The translations under genes and the position numbers were made by a program. Of a stretch of 64,000 nucleotides of DNA, positions 17,942 to 29,831 are shown piece by piece; within the stretch, counting starts at the first letter, position 1, and each line of letters starts with the position of its first letter. Under the pieces are notes generated by a model. The model did no database searches, was not told the origin of the DNA, and saw nothing but the letters and a program-made list of their open reading frames with translations. Source of the stretch: Candidatus Latescibacterota bacterium. GTDB taxonomy: Bacteria; Latescibacterota; UBA2968; GCA-2709665. Location of the stretch: the NCBI GenBank assembly GCA_965219455.1, contig OZ244744.1:1248001-1312000 (forward strand). The letters are read 5' to 3'.

Positions 17942-18584
17942 TTGGGTCGAAGCCACGCGCCTCGACCCTTTTTGTTTGTCTAAGCACCGTTTTCAGCATT
18001 GCGCCAAAGCGGCTTCACTACGTTCAGCCACTGCCGAAGCTGTATGACTCCAGGATGCGCCTCGAAATCATCCGTGAAATAGTCCCTCACATGTACGCCA
18101 ACGCCCTGAGGAAACTTGCCTGAAGGTGAGGCGGACATTCCTGTCTGCCCGCCTCAACGTCGTTCTGCCGGCATGGACACTCAAGAGAAGATCTCGACGC
18201 CGAAACCCAACGGACAGTATCCGATGTCGCACGGCTTCCGTGGACATCGGACAGTTAGGGCAAGTTTGAAACCTGCCCCTACAGTTCGGACGTCGCAACG
18301 CACCTACGGGGATTTCCCTCCATCGAATCTATCCCCCTATTCCACATATCGAAATTAGTGGAATCCAGGACAAATCCTGGAAGCTTCGCTAAATATCCGG
18401 TCTTGAACGTTGGTCTCGTTTTGCGTACCATTGCGTGATCCCAATAATCCCGTTGCGGGAATGACATCCGTGACCTGTGAGTCGACCCATGGTGAGACAT
18501 CTTCCCGGCGGCGTTTGGTGCATCGGCCCATGGGCTTCTAATGGATAGTCAGAAGATTTGGATATCACGAAAAGGCGGGCACGA

Positions 18585-20060
18585 ATGATGACTTCCTCGA
18601 AAGGCAGAATGTGTTTTGCCGCCCTGGCGCTGCTGGCATCTGTATGTCACGCCGCTGTGGGTTCCGATGCAAGCGATGGCGATGTGTCAGCATTTGCGAT
18701 CAGCGTCGATGCCAACGGCGACGATACCGCGTCCATTCCGGACTTTGACGGCGACGGGACGATCGGCTTTGGCGATTTCTTGATCTTTGCGGGCGTGTTC
18801 GGTGCGAGCCAGGGTGACGAGAAGTACGACGCCACGTTTGATTTGAACGGGGATGGCGAGATCGGGTTCGCGGACTTTCTGATCTTTGCCCAGAACTTTG
18901 GGAAGGAAGTGCTGTCTCTCGACTTTACCAGGCAGCAGATTTACAATGATAATGTATTCGTCCTACCCGTATCAGAAAACCTGACAACCCTTTGGACGCG
19001 GTCCGGGAATTATCCGCCGTTGAAGGAATACTCGGCGCGTTTCTATGAGCATTTTAACGACGAGTTCGATTTTCTGGTTTTCTTCGCCAATCTACGACGT
19101 CGGGAAATCGAAACGTATCCTGAATCTTTCGATGGGGGCTTTTATTCCGCTGCGAAGAACGATGTTCAAGGTATCGGACAAGGAACTTTCTCCAACAATA
19201 GCAGTTGGAGGTCGGCAGGGAAACTCCAAGGTGTGATTTTCTTTTCTGTCTATGAGCTCTGGGATCTTGGGTATTCAGACTTTCGCAGCGGTACCCTCCA
19301 TCACGAGTTGATGCATCGATGGGCGGCTTACCTCGGTAAGCCGCTATCGGACGGACATTGGAACGATGCCTCGAATATTAGAGGATCTCTTGGTGGTGTG
19401 TTTACCTCTGACTTTGAAGAGATAGTTGACCTTGGTGGAGGCCGTTACACTGGCGCCAAAGACCCGGTCGACCCCATGGAACGACCTTACCCTCCTCTCG
19501 AACTGTACCTGGCAGGTTTCATACCGCCTGAGGAGGTCCCTGATATTTGGGTTGGAGTCGATAGGGAGTGGCTATTTGACGAATCCGGCAATCTTCTCAG
19601 GGACGAGAACGGGGACCGCATTTTTTCCGCGCGTGAGATAAAGAGATTCACTATAGAAGACATCATTGCCAAACATGGACCGCGCGTTCCAGACCAATTG
19701 CAATCTCAGAAGGACTTTCGCGCGGCGGTAATATTACTGGTTAGCGAGGACTACCCCGCGACCCGAAAGATACTGGAAAGTGTAAGCGACGATGCATCAT
19801 GGTTCTGCCACATAGGTGAGGACGAATTGGAGAAAAATGGCTGGCTGCAATGGAATTTCTACGAGGCAACCGGCGGCCGGGGCACGATAACGATGGACGG
19901 CCTGTCGCGGTTTAGACGCAGTGCTGGCGCAAATAAACCGGCGGTGAATTCGTTCGGAACGCCTCCACCACCCATTGTGGATCACTTGGAAACGGGGATC
20001 GTTCACGAAGATGCTGAAAGAACACTGAGAACTACTCCAGTAGAAGTAGAAGAACCGTGA
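18585..20060 (+). CDS. Array gene 2: signal peptide + dockerin-like EF-hand pair + a different zinc metallopeptidase-like domain, no LRR
   Basis: First ~110 aa shared with the paralogs, then FYEHFNDEFDFL...HHELMHRW...GHW...LELYLAGFIPPEEVP. Confidence 0.85.
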   Translation: MMTSSKGRMCFAALALLASVCHAAVGSDASDGDVSAFAISVDANGDDTASIPDFDGDGTIGFGDFLIFAGVFGASQGDEKYDATFDLNGDGEIGFADFLIFAQNFGKEVLSLDFTRQQIYNDNVFVLPVSENLTTLWTRSGNYPPLKEYSARFYEHFNDEFDFLVFFANLRRREIETYPESFDGGFYSAAKNDVQGIGQGTFSNNSSWRSAGKLQGVIFFSVYELWDLGYSDFRSGTLHHELMHRWAAYLGKPLSDGHWNDASNIRGSLGGVFTSDFEEIVDLGGGRYTGAKDPVDPMERPYPPLELYLAGFIPPEEVPDIWVGVDREWLFDESGNLLRDENGDRIFSAREIKRFTIEDIIAKHGPRVPDQLQSQKDFRAAVILLVSEDYPATRKILESVSDDASWFCHIGEDELEKNGWLQWNFYEATGGRGTITMDGLSRFRRSAGANKPAVNSFGTPPPPIVDHLETGIVHEDAERTLRTTPVEVEEP

Positions 20061-20214
20061 TGGGTCCTGTGATCGGTGGGTGAGCGAATCGTCAGTCCGA
20101 AAGGCCACTGATGTCTCAGGATTCCCGGCCAGACAACGGGGCGAGCGAACCGAGACGCGAAAACATGTAGCCCCATATCGCGCAACGCATCGGAACGATC
20201 GCATTACGAAGAGA

Positions 20215-21140
20215 AGGGTCGAAGCCGCTCACGTGCGCTTCGACCCTTCTTGTTTGTCTAAGCACCGTTTCCAGCGACTGCGCCAAAGCGGCTTCACTAC
20301 GTTCAGCCACGGCCGAAACTGTATGACTCCACGATGCGCCTCAGAATCATCCGCGAAATGCGTCCATACCGCCTTCGCCTATACTATCATGCTGAGGAAG
20401 CCGTCAGACTTCCTCGATATTCGATCAAGCACCAGCACATCAACGTCACTCCCCCCTTGAGGGGGAGTCGGCAAGCCAAGGGCGCCAGCCCGCAAGCGCG
20501 CCGGTGGGGGGGGGCACGCCGGCGGCGAGGCGGACGCGCCAGTGACAGTCCGCCCGTGCCGGAGAAATCTCGTGCACGGCAGTCAGGTGTGTATACTGAA
20601 ACGGAAAAAGTAGATTAAAGCGTAAATATTACTAATTTATATGAGAATGCAAATTAATTAATATCTTGTGGCTCCCGCGCTTTACCCATATATTCCGAGT
20701 CATACGAAAAGGCGCTGTCGTTCAACATTTATAGCCCGACCCGACATTCAGAAGGAAACCGTCGGTTCCCAGACCGGCCCTACGAGAATCGATGGTTCTC
20801 GGGAAAGAAGCCGGGCGGCGATACGGTGTGTCGTGCCGTTTGTTGAGCCCGGATGCGCCGGCATCTTGCCTGCGCCGGTCGGGGGCCTCCGTACGTTTCT
20901 GCGGCGCGTCGGCTACGGATTACTGTCGAATCGAGGTTTGTCGGAATAGCAGGAGCGATCTGTCAACAGAAATAGCCAGGAGACCGGTAAATGCCATCGC
21001 GAATTGGAATTTTGTTCAGTGCCGCCCTCGTGTTGCTGGCATCTGTATGTCACGCCGCTATGGGTTCCGATGCAAGCGATGGCGATGTGTCAGCACTTGC
21101 GATTAGGGTCGATACGAACGGCGACGATACCGCGTCTAGT
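20215..21140 (+). repeat. Array 5' cassette type B (terminator hairpin, palindromes, AT-rich promoter region, RBS, signal-peptide coding start); near-identical to ~23602-24526
   Basis: Direct match; the ORF track gives near-identical spurious ORFs in both copies. Confidence 0.92.
20447..20514. repeat. CACTCCCCCCTTGAGGGGGAGT palindromic repeat family (also ~12484, 23836, 55145, degenerate 58704)
   Basis: Recurring inverted repeat followed by a conserved GCAAGCCAAG...GGTGGGGG tail. Confidence 0.7.
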
Positions 21141-23498
21141 CTGGACTTTGACGGCGACGGGACGATCGGCTTTGGCGATTTCGTGAAGTTTGCGGCAAAG
21201 TTCGGCCTGGGACAGGGCGATGACGGATATGACGCTCAGTACGATCTGAATGGCGATGGCGAGATCGGGTTTTCGGACTTCGTGATCTTTGCGCAGTTCT
21301 TCGGTACCGAGGTTTCTTCACTGGTCTACATCCCCGACGCCAAACTCCGGGCGGCGATCGAGGCGGCATTGGGCAAGACCGATGCCGCGCCGATCACACA
21401 GGCTGAAATGGCGACGCTGACGGACCTCGAGGCACGAAACAAGAATATTCGCGATCTGACCGGGCTTGAATTTGCAACCAGCCTGACACGGTTAGATCTT
21501 CGGTCGGTTTGGGTACCAACCGGGGCTGACTACAACCGAATATCCAACCTCCTACCACTATCGGGATTGACCAACCTGAGATACCTCGACCTCTTTTCGA
21601 ACGACATAACAGACGTGTCGGCCCTATCGGGCTTGACCAACCTGACACACCTGCGCCTTGGCTGGAACGAAGACATCACGGACATATCGGCGCTTGCCGG
21701 CTTATCCAACCTGAAGCGGCTAGGGCTTTTAGCTCTCAAGATCACGGACATATCGGCGCTTGCTGGCTTAACCAACCTAGAACGGCTAGACCTTCGGCAG
21801 ACTGGGATCACGGACATCTCGGCGCTTGCCGGCTTGACGAGACTTCAATTGCTGCAGCTTGATAACACCAAGATCACGGACATATCGGCGCTTGCCGGCT
21901 TAACCAAACTGAAAACGCTGAGCCTTTATTACTGCGCCGACGTTTCCGACTCGGACATCTCGGTGCTGTCAGGCTTAACCAACCTGGAATCGCTGCACCT
22001 TTCGGGCACCAATATCATGGACATCTCGGTTCTTGCCGGCTTAACCAAACTGAAAACGCTGGGGATAAGTTTCATCAACATCTCGGATATCTCGGTTCTT
22101 GCCGGCTTAACCAAACTGGAATGGCTGGCGATGGAAGGGCTCACCAACGTTTCGGACATCTCAGTGTTGTCAGGCTTAACCAACCTGAAAGAGCTGTATC
22201 TTATGAAAACCAACATCACGGACATCTCGGCGCTTGCCGTCTTAACCAAACTGGAAATACTCGCCCTTGATGGGACCGGGATCACGGATATCTCGGCGCT
22301 TTCCCCCTTGCACAGTTTGGAGTTCCTGAATCTTAGCTTCAATAACATCTCGGATATCTCGCCGCTTTCGGGCTTGACCAACCTTAAATGGCTGGATCTT
22401 CGGGGCAATCCTCTCAGCGACACCTCCATCGCCGAGCATGTTTCCTACCTTGAAGACAGCGGGGTTGAGGTACTCTTCGACTCGTTCCGAAAGGGTGACT
22501 TCGACATTGATCTCGTCTTCACCGACGCCTTCACTGATAATCAGCAGAACGTGCTCCAATACGTAACCCGGCGCTGGATGGCGGTCATTTCGGAGGACCT
22601 GCCGGACTATGAATTTACCCAGGGCTGGTCGGGTCAGTGCGGCGATCATTCGTATACGATCCCCTCCGGGGAGCGGATAGACGACCTGCGGATCTATATG
22701 ACCACCTTCGACGACAACCCAGATGCCGTTGGGTGGGGTGGACCGAGTTTGTTGCGCGACGAGACCCATCTGCCGGTCTTGGGATGCATGGCTTTCGACC
22801 TTAAACGGGCTAATCTTCTGATTACAGGACTCCATGAGGTGGGGCACGTTCTGGGGTTCGGGCCGATCTGGGACGAGCTCGGCTTCTACCAGAACCCGCC
22901 GGATGGCGACCAGCACTTCAACGGGCCGCTGGCAATTGCCGCGTTTGACGACGCGGGCGGATGGAACTATACAGGCAAGAAGGTGCCGGTGGACGGGGGG
23001 CACTGGAGGTTGCCCGTGCTCGAAGGCGAACTCATGGGACCGTCTGGCGGAGGGGCGCTGAGCGCAATCACGGTCCAGTCTTTCGCCGATCTCGGCTACG
23101 GCGTGGATGTGACCCAGGTGGACCCGTTTACCCTGCCCGGTGCCACTCAGGCAAGCGCAAAGATCGAACTTGCGCAACCCTCAGTCACCGTTCCCGGTTT
23201 CGATATCACTTGGGCATATCATGACGTCCTTCCCGGCGCCGAACGGTACGGACAAGGTAGAATAGTCAGTGACCTTCCGTCGATCGTCGGAGACGGCCGC
23301 CGGACGGGTCTGCTGGAAAGCGCTGAACGGTTTTGGGGCCGTGGCATTAATGTCAATCTTTTGGAAAACCGACAGATGCGGCGCGAAGGATCGCCCGTTG
23401 GCGTGGAACCTGAACTCACGTGCGGTGCCGGTCTAATGAATGAACCCATCTATGTGGTTGACCCGCTGGGCCATATCGTTCGTACCGTTAGCCCGTGA
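20991..23498 (+). CDS. Array gene 3: signal peptide + dockerin-like pair + ~14 LRRs + M8-like metalloprotease
   Basis: AGGAG RBS; HEVGHVLGF...HWR...ELM. Confidence 0.9.
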   Translation: MPSRIGILFSAALVLLASVCHAAMGSDASDGDVSALAIRVDTNGDDTASSLDFDGDGTIGFGDFVKFAAKFGLGQGDDGYDAQYDLNGDGEIGFSDFVIFAQFFGTEVSSLVYIPDAKLRAAIEAALGKTDAAPITQAEMATLTDLEARNKNIRDLTGLEFATSLTRLDLRSVWVPTGADYNRISNLLPLSGLTNLRYLDLFSNDITDVSALSGLTNLTHLRLGWNEDITDISALAGLSNLKRLGLLALKITDISALAGLTNLERLDLRQTGITDISALAGLTRLQLLQLDNTKITDISALAGLTKLKTLSLYYCADVSDSDISVLSGLTNLESLHLSGTNIMDISVLAGLTKLKTLGISFINISDISVLAGLTKLEWLAMEGLTNVSDISVLSGLTNLKELYLMKTNITDISALAVLTKLEILALDGTGITDISALSPLHSLEFLNLSFNNISDISPLSGLTNLKWLDLRGNPLSDTSIAEHVSYLEDSGVEVLFDSFRKGDFDIDLVFTDAFTDNQQNVLQYVTRRWMAVISEDLPDYEFTQGWSGQCGDHSYTIPSGERIDDLRIYMTTFDDNPDAVGWGGPSLLRDETHLPVLGCMAFDLKRANLLITGLHEVGHVLGFGPIWDELGFYQNPPDGDQHFNGPLAIAAFDDAGGWNYTGKKVPVDGGHWRLPVLEGELMGPSGGGALSAITVQSFADLGYGVDVTQVDPFTLPGATQASAKIELAQPSVTVPGFDITWAYHDVLPGAERYGQGRIVSDLPSIVGDGRRTGLLESAERFWGRGINVNLLENRQMRREGSPVGVEPELTCGAGLMNEPIYVVDPLGHIVRTVSP

Positions 23499-24376
23499 AT
23501 CACGCTCGCTTTTGCTTCGAGAATCCCCGATCACGCCCCACATAATACCGAGACCCAGTTCCAGAAAAACAAACACGACAAATAGACCATACATCAAGAT
23601 CAAAGGGTCGAAGCCGCACACGCGCGCCTCGACCCTTCTTGTTTGTCTAAGCGCCGTTTCCAGCGACTGCGCCAACGCGGCTTCACTACGTTCAGCCACG
23701 GCCGAAACTGCATGACTCCACGATGCGCCTCAGAATCATCCGCGAAATGCGTCCATACCGCCTTCGCCCAAAATATCATGCTGGGGAAGCCGTCAGGCTT
23801 CCTCGATATTCGATCAAGCACCAGCACATCAACATCACTCCCCCCTTGAGGGGGAGTCGGCAAGCCAAGGGCGCCAGCCCGCAACCGCGCCGGTGGGGGG
23901 CACGCCGGCGGCGAGGCGGACGCGCCAGTGACAGTCCGCCCGTGCCGGAGAAATCTCGTGCACGGCAGTCAGGTGTGTATACAGAAACGGAAAAAGTAAA
24001 TTAAAGCGTAAATATTACTAATTTATATGAGAATGTGAATTAATTAATATCTTGTGTATCCCGCGCTTTACCCATATATTCCGAGTCATACGAAAAGGCG
24101 CTGTCGTTCAACATTTATAGCCCGACCCGACATTCAGAAGGAAACCGTCGGTTCCCAGACCGGCCTCACGAGAATCGATGGTTCTCGGGAAAGAAGCCGG
24201 GCGGCGATACGGTGTGTCGTGCCGTTTGTTGAGCCCGGATGCGCTGGCATCTTGCCTGCGCCGGTCGGGGGCCTCCGTACGTTTCTGCGGCGCGTCGGCT
24301 ACGGATTACTGTCGAATCGAGGTTTGTCGGAATAGCAGGAGCGATCTGTCAACAGAAATAGCCAGGAGACCGGTAA

Positions 24377-26697
24377 ATGCCATCGCGAATTGGAATTTTG
24401 TTCAGTGCCGCCCTCGTGTTGCTGGCATCTGTATGTCACGCCGCTATGGGTTCCGATGCAAGCGATGGCGATGTGTCAGCACTTGCGATTAGGGTCGATA
24501 CGAACGGCGACGATACCGCGTCTAGTCCGGACTTTGACGGCGACGGAACGATCGGCTTCGGCGATTTCGTGATCTTCGCTGGGGTGTTCGGAGCGCGACA
24601 GGGTGACGAGAAGTACGAAGCCACGCATGATCTGAATGGCGATGGCGAGATCGGCTTTAGCGATTTTGTGATCTTCGCGCAGAACTTCGGCAAAGATGTC
24701 CCTTCGCCGGTCGTCGCGATTCCGGATGCAAACCTGAGGGCGGCTATTGAGTGGCCCTGGGAAAGGCCAGCCGCACGCAGATCACACAGGCTGAAATGAA
24801 GACTCTGACCACGCTTGTGGCGGAAGCAGCGGACATAAGCGATTTGACTGGTCTGGAGTATGCCAACAACCTGAGAGAGCTGGATCTTAACTACAACCCC
24901 ATCACGGATTTATCGCCGTTGGCGGGCTCGACTAACCTGACTAGCCTGGATGTTACTTGCCGTGTCCTCGCAGATATATCACCGCTGTCAGGCTTGACCC
25001 AGCTGACACGGTTGAATCTTGGGAATAACAAAATTACAGAATTTTCATCGTTGTCAGGCTTGACCAACCTGAAATGGCTGAATATTGCCCGTAACCCCAT
25101 CACGGATATATCGCCGTTGGCAGGCTTGACCAACCTAAACTACTTGAACCTCAGGGACAACAGTCTAACGGATATATCGCCGCTGGCAGGCTTGACCAAC
25201 CTGAGAGAGTGGTTGGATCTTGCAGGCAATAACCTCACGGATATATCGCCGTTGGCGGGCTTGACCAACCTGGCCTACTTGGATCTCAGGGACAACAGTC
25301 TCACGGATATATCGGCGTTGTCAGACTTGACCAACCTTCGAAGCCTGTACATTGGGTTCAACAACATCACGGATATATCGCCGTTGTCGAGCTTGACCAG
25401 CCTCTTCCATTTGTATTTTGGGGCAAACAAACTCACAAGTATGTCGCCGCTGTCAGGCATGATCCAACTGAGACAGTTAAATCTTGGGAATAACAAAATT
25501 ACAAATATATCGGTGCTGTCAGGCTTGACCAGGCTGACAGACGTGAACCTTGGGTTCAACAACATCACAGAGGTACCGTCGCTGTCAGGCTTGACCCAGC
25601 TGAGACGCTTGGATCTTGGGTTCAACAACATCACGGATATATCGTCGTTGTTAGGCTTGACCAGCCGGCTATACCTGGATCTTCGCGCCAATCCCCTGAG
25701 CCTTTCCTCGATCAACGATCATATTCCTGCACTTGAAAACAGCGGCGTTGTGGTACTATTCGACTCGTTTCACGAGGGCGACTTCGACATCGAACTCGTT
25801 TTCCTCGGCCACTTCCCGGAATCCCAGAAGGAAGTTATCCAATACGCAGCCCGGCGTTGGATGTCAGTCATTGTGGAAGATCTACCAGACTATACATTGA
25901 CTCAAGGCTGGTCGGGTACGTGCGGCGATCAGTCGATTGCAATCCCCTCCGGGGAGCGGATAGACGACCTGCGGATCTATGCGATCGGCGACAACGAGCA
26001 CTATGCGCTTGGGTGGGGCGGGCCACGTTTGTCGCGCGAGACCACCCATCTACCGGTCGTTGGATGTATGGCGTTCAACTTAAATCGACGTACTAATCTG
26101 CTGGATACAGGACTCCACGAAATAGGGCACGTTCTGGGGTTCGGGACCATCTGGGGCGAACTCGGCTTGCTTCAGGATCGGGAGGGCGACACGCACTTCA
26201 ACGGTCCGCTGGCTGTCGCCGCGTTCGACGACGCGGGCGGAAGGGATTACGCGGGGGCGAAGGTGCCGGTGGGGCAGGATGGGGACCACTGGAGGTCGGG
26301 CGTGCCCATGCTTTTTCACCATCGCGAACTTATGTTGCCGGCTTGGGGAGAGTTGCTGGGCGCCATCACGGTGCAGTCCCTGGCCGATCTCGGCTACGGT
26401 GTGGATGTCACTCAGGCTGATCCATATATCCTGCCCGGTGCCGCAAGCAAGGCAGTCGTGAAGGACGCCGTTTCAGCGCCTTCCATTCTCGGTGACGACC
26501 GAACGTGGCAATTTGAAGGTGCCGAACGCATCTTGGGCCGGCGCGTAACGTTCGATCTTCCGGATAACCAACGGACATGGGGAGGAGGTTCGCCTTCTCA
26601 CGCGGAGCCTGACCTGACTTGCGGCGCCGGGCAGATGAATGAACCGATCTACGTTGTTGATCCGCAAGGGCGTATCGTTCGAACCATAAACCGATGA
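24377..26697 (+). pseudogene. Array gene 4: same architecture (~13 LRRs), 1-nt frameshift near 24750
   Basis: ATT GAG TGG CCC TGG would read GAG GTG GCC CTG (E-V-A-L, cf. paralog IEAAL) with one more G; split into ORFs 24377-24799 and 24751-26697; HEIGHVLGF is intact. Confidence 0.85.
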
Positions 26698-27532
26698 TAC
26701 GTGACGTTCTTCCGTCGGTCCCACCTGTTTCCCCAAATTCACGTAGTTGGTCGTAATTTGACCATTCTCCTCTCGATGGTCCGACCGGGAGGACGGAAAA
26801 CAGCCGTGCGACGCGGTAGGTCTACGTTCACCATGCCAAGGCTCACAACTCATTGGGCACCGGACCCGAAAGCCTGCGCCGTCGCCCGCGCCGTAGGTGA
26901 GGCGGTCCGCCCGGACCGGGTCATCCTGTTCGGCTCGCGCGCCCGCGGCGACTACAGCCCGGAATCTCCAAACGCTTCTAACCGATCATCCATCAAATAA
27001 AAGGGTCGAAGTCTCGCGGCTCGACCCTTTTTGTTTGTCTACGCACCGTTTTCAGCATTGCGCCAACACCCTGAGGAACTTTGCCTGAAGGTGGGGCGGA
27101 CATTCCTGTCTGCCCGCCTCAACGTCGTTCTGCCGGCATCGACACTCAAGAGAGGATCTCGCCGCCGAAACCCAGCAGACAGTATCCGATGTCCCACGCA
27201 TCCGTGCACATTGGACAGTCAGGGCAGGTTTGAAACCTGCCCCTACGGTTCGCACGTCGAAACGCGACGGTGCGGGGGCCCCACCATCGAATCTATCCTC
27301 CCATTCGACATATCGTAATTGGCGGAACCCAGGACAAATTACGGACGATTCGACAAACAAACTGCGTTGAACGCCGGTTTCACATTGCGTACCATTACTG
27401 GACACAATATACCCGATAACGAAGTCGACATCCGTAACTGAGGCGGTTGCAGTAATGTAACTCGGCATACGGGTTCCGTCAGATTAAATGGGTCTGAGTA
27501 GAAATCCGGTAGTCACGATCAGGATGGATCGA

Positions 27533-29725
27533 ATGATGACTTCCTCGAAAGGCCTAATCTATCTTGCCGCCCTGGCGCTGCTGGCATTCGTATGTCACGC
27601 CGCTGTGGGTTCCGATGCAAGCGATGGCGATGTGTCAGCACTTGCGATCAGCGTCGATGCCAACGGCGACGATACCGCGTCCATACCAGACTTTGACGGC
27701 GACGGGACGATTGGCTTCGGCGACTTTCTGATCTTCGCGGGCGTTTTCGGGCAAAGTCTGGGTGATGAGAAGTACGAAAACCGGGTTGATCTGGATGACG
27801 ATGGCGAGATTGGATTTTCGGACTTCGTGATCTTCGCTGAAAACTTCGGCAAAGAGGTACCGTCTCCGGTCGTCACGATCCCCGATGCCAACCTGCTTGC
27901 GGCGATCTTGGCCGCTCTTGGCAAAGCCACCGGCGCGCCGATCACACAGGCTGACATGGCAACGTTGGACAGTCTCGAGGCCAACGACGCCGACATCAGC
28001 GTTCTGGCCGGGCTGGAGTCGGCTGTCAACCTTTCGCGACTGGAGCTTTTTGCTAACTCCATCACGGATGTATCGGTGCTGACAGGCTTGGCCAACCTTG
28101 AAAAGCTGGTTCTTTGGGGCAATAGAATCAGGGACATCTCGCCTCTATCCGGCTTGACCAATCTGGTAGAGCTGTGGCTTGATCAAAACAACGTTACGGA
28201 CATCTCGCCGCTTGCCCGCTTGACCAACCTGACAAGCCTGAGTGTTGGTCGCAACAACATTACGGATCTCTCGGTGCTGTCCAACTTGCCCGATCTTACA
28301 CACTTGAGGCTTATCGCAACCAACATGAGGGATGTAACGCCGCTCTCCGGCTTGGCCAATTTGACATCGTTGGTGCTCTCCCACAACCAGATCTCGGATA
28401 TCTCGCCGCTGGCAGGATTGACCAACCTGACAGAACTGAACTTTTATGAAAACCGGATTGAGGATATCTCGGTGCTTTCGGGATTGAGCAACCTGACGGA
28501 GCTGGGGCTTAGTCTCAACAACGTCTCGGACATTTCGGCGCTTTCCGGGCTGTTCAACCTGACGGAGCTGTGGCTAAATGACAACAACATCACGAATATC
28601 TCGCCCTTGGCAGGCTTGATTAACCTGACTTGGCTAAATCTTGCCTTCAACACCATCGCGGACATCTCGGCACTGTCGGGATTGAGCAAACTGATGGAGT
28701 TGAATCTTGCGGGTAACCGCATCATGGACACCTCGGCGCTTTCCGGCTTGACCAACCTGCGCAATCTGGATCTTCGGGGCAATCCCCACGAAACGTTACC
28801 CAAGGGCGACTACGACATCGAATTCGTCTTTCTCGACAACTTCACTGAATCCCAGAAGCAGGTACTCCAATATGTTGCCCGGCGCTGGATGGCGGTTATT
28901 CGCGACGACCTCCCGGATTATGTGTTTTCCGGCGGCTGGTCCGGACAGTGCGGTAAACAGACGTATGAGATTCCTGCCGGGGAGCGGATTGACGACCTGC
29001 GGATCTACATAAACACGTTCCAAGGACCATCAGCGCGCGGGTACGTCGGGTACGGCGGTCCAAGTCTGTTGCGCGAGGAGTCCCATCTGCCCGTCGTCGG
29101 ATGCATGGCGTTCGATTTAAGCCACGCCAATTTGCTGATTACAGGACTCCACGAGATCGGGCACGTTCTAGGGTTTGCGAGCGAGGTATGGAACGAGTTC
29201 AGCTTCTACCAGAATCCACCAAATGGCGACACGCACTTCAACGGACCATTGGCGACTGCCGCTTTCGACAACGCAGGCGGACGAGACTACAAGAATGCGA
29301 AAGTGCCGTTACAGACAGATGAGTCACACTGGAGGTGAGGCGTGTTCGGAGGCGAACTCATGACGCCGACTGGCACGGGGGCGCTAAGCTTGATCACGGT
29401 GCAGTCCCTGGCCGACCTCGGCTACGGTGTGGATGTCACTCAGGCTGATCCATATATCCTGCCTAGCGCTACTCAGGTGACCGCTAAGATCGCCGGTGGC
29501 TTTCCGTCGATCGTCGGAGATGACGGCCTGACGGGTCTGCTGGAAAGCGCTGAACGGTTTTGGGGCCGTGGCGTTAATGTCAATCTTTGGGAAAACCGAC
29601 AGATGCGGCGCGAAGGATCGCCCGCTTTCGCGGAGCCCGAGCTGACGTGCGGCGCCGGGCTAATGAATGAACCCATCTACGTGGTTGACAAGCAGGGACG
29701 TGTCGTCGGCACCGTAGTCCGTTGA
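27533..29725 (+). pseudogene. Array gene 5: same architecture (~12 LRRs), in-frame TGA at 29336-29338
   Basis: HWR-TGA-GVFGGELM aligns with paralog HWRSGV...ELM; the frame continues to 29725. Confidence 0.85.
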
Positions 29726-29831
29726 TTACTCAAGCTTCCTCGTTTGTGAACCCGGATCGCGTCCTGAAACGTGGAGAGATTCGTCCCCAAATCGCCAACT
29801 GATTTTGGCTGATCGATTGTATAACGAAGAG

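Noticed and set aside
20080-20949. Small ORFs repeated in the intergenic cassettes (also 14161-14685, 23600-24335, 27052-27468, 54821-55218, 56165-56605)
   Set aside because: Their recurrence reflects DNA repeat duplication; they translate palindromic repeats and have no RBS or protein motifs
14642-29725. Diversity-generating retroelement behind the LRR variability
   Set aside because: No reverse transcriptase in the window and no template/variable repeat pair with adenine-specific mismatches was seen
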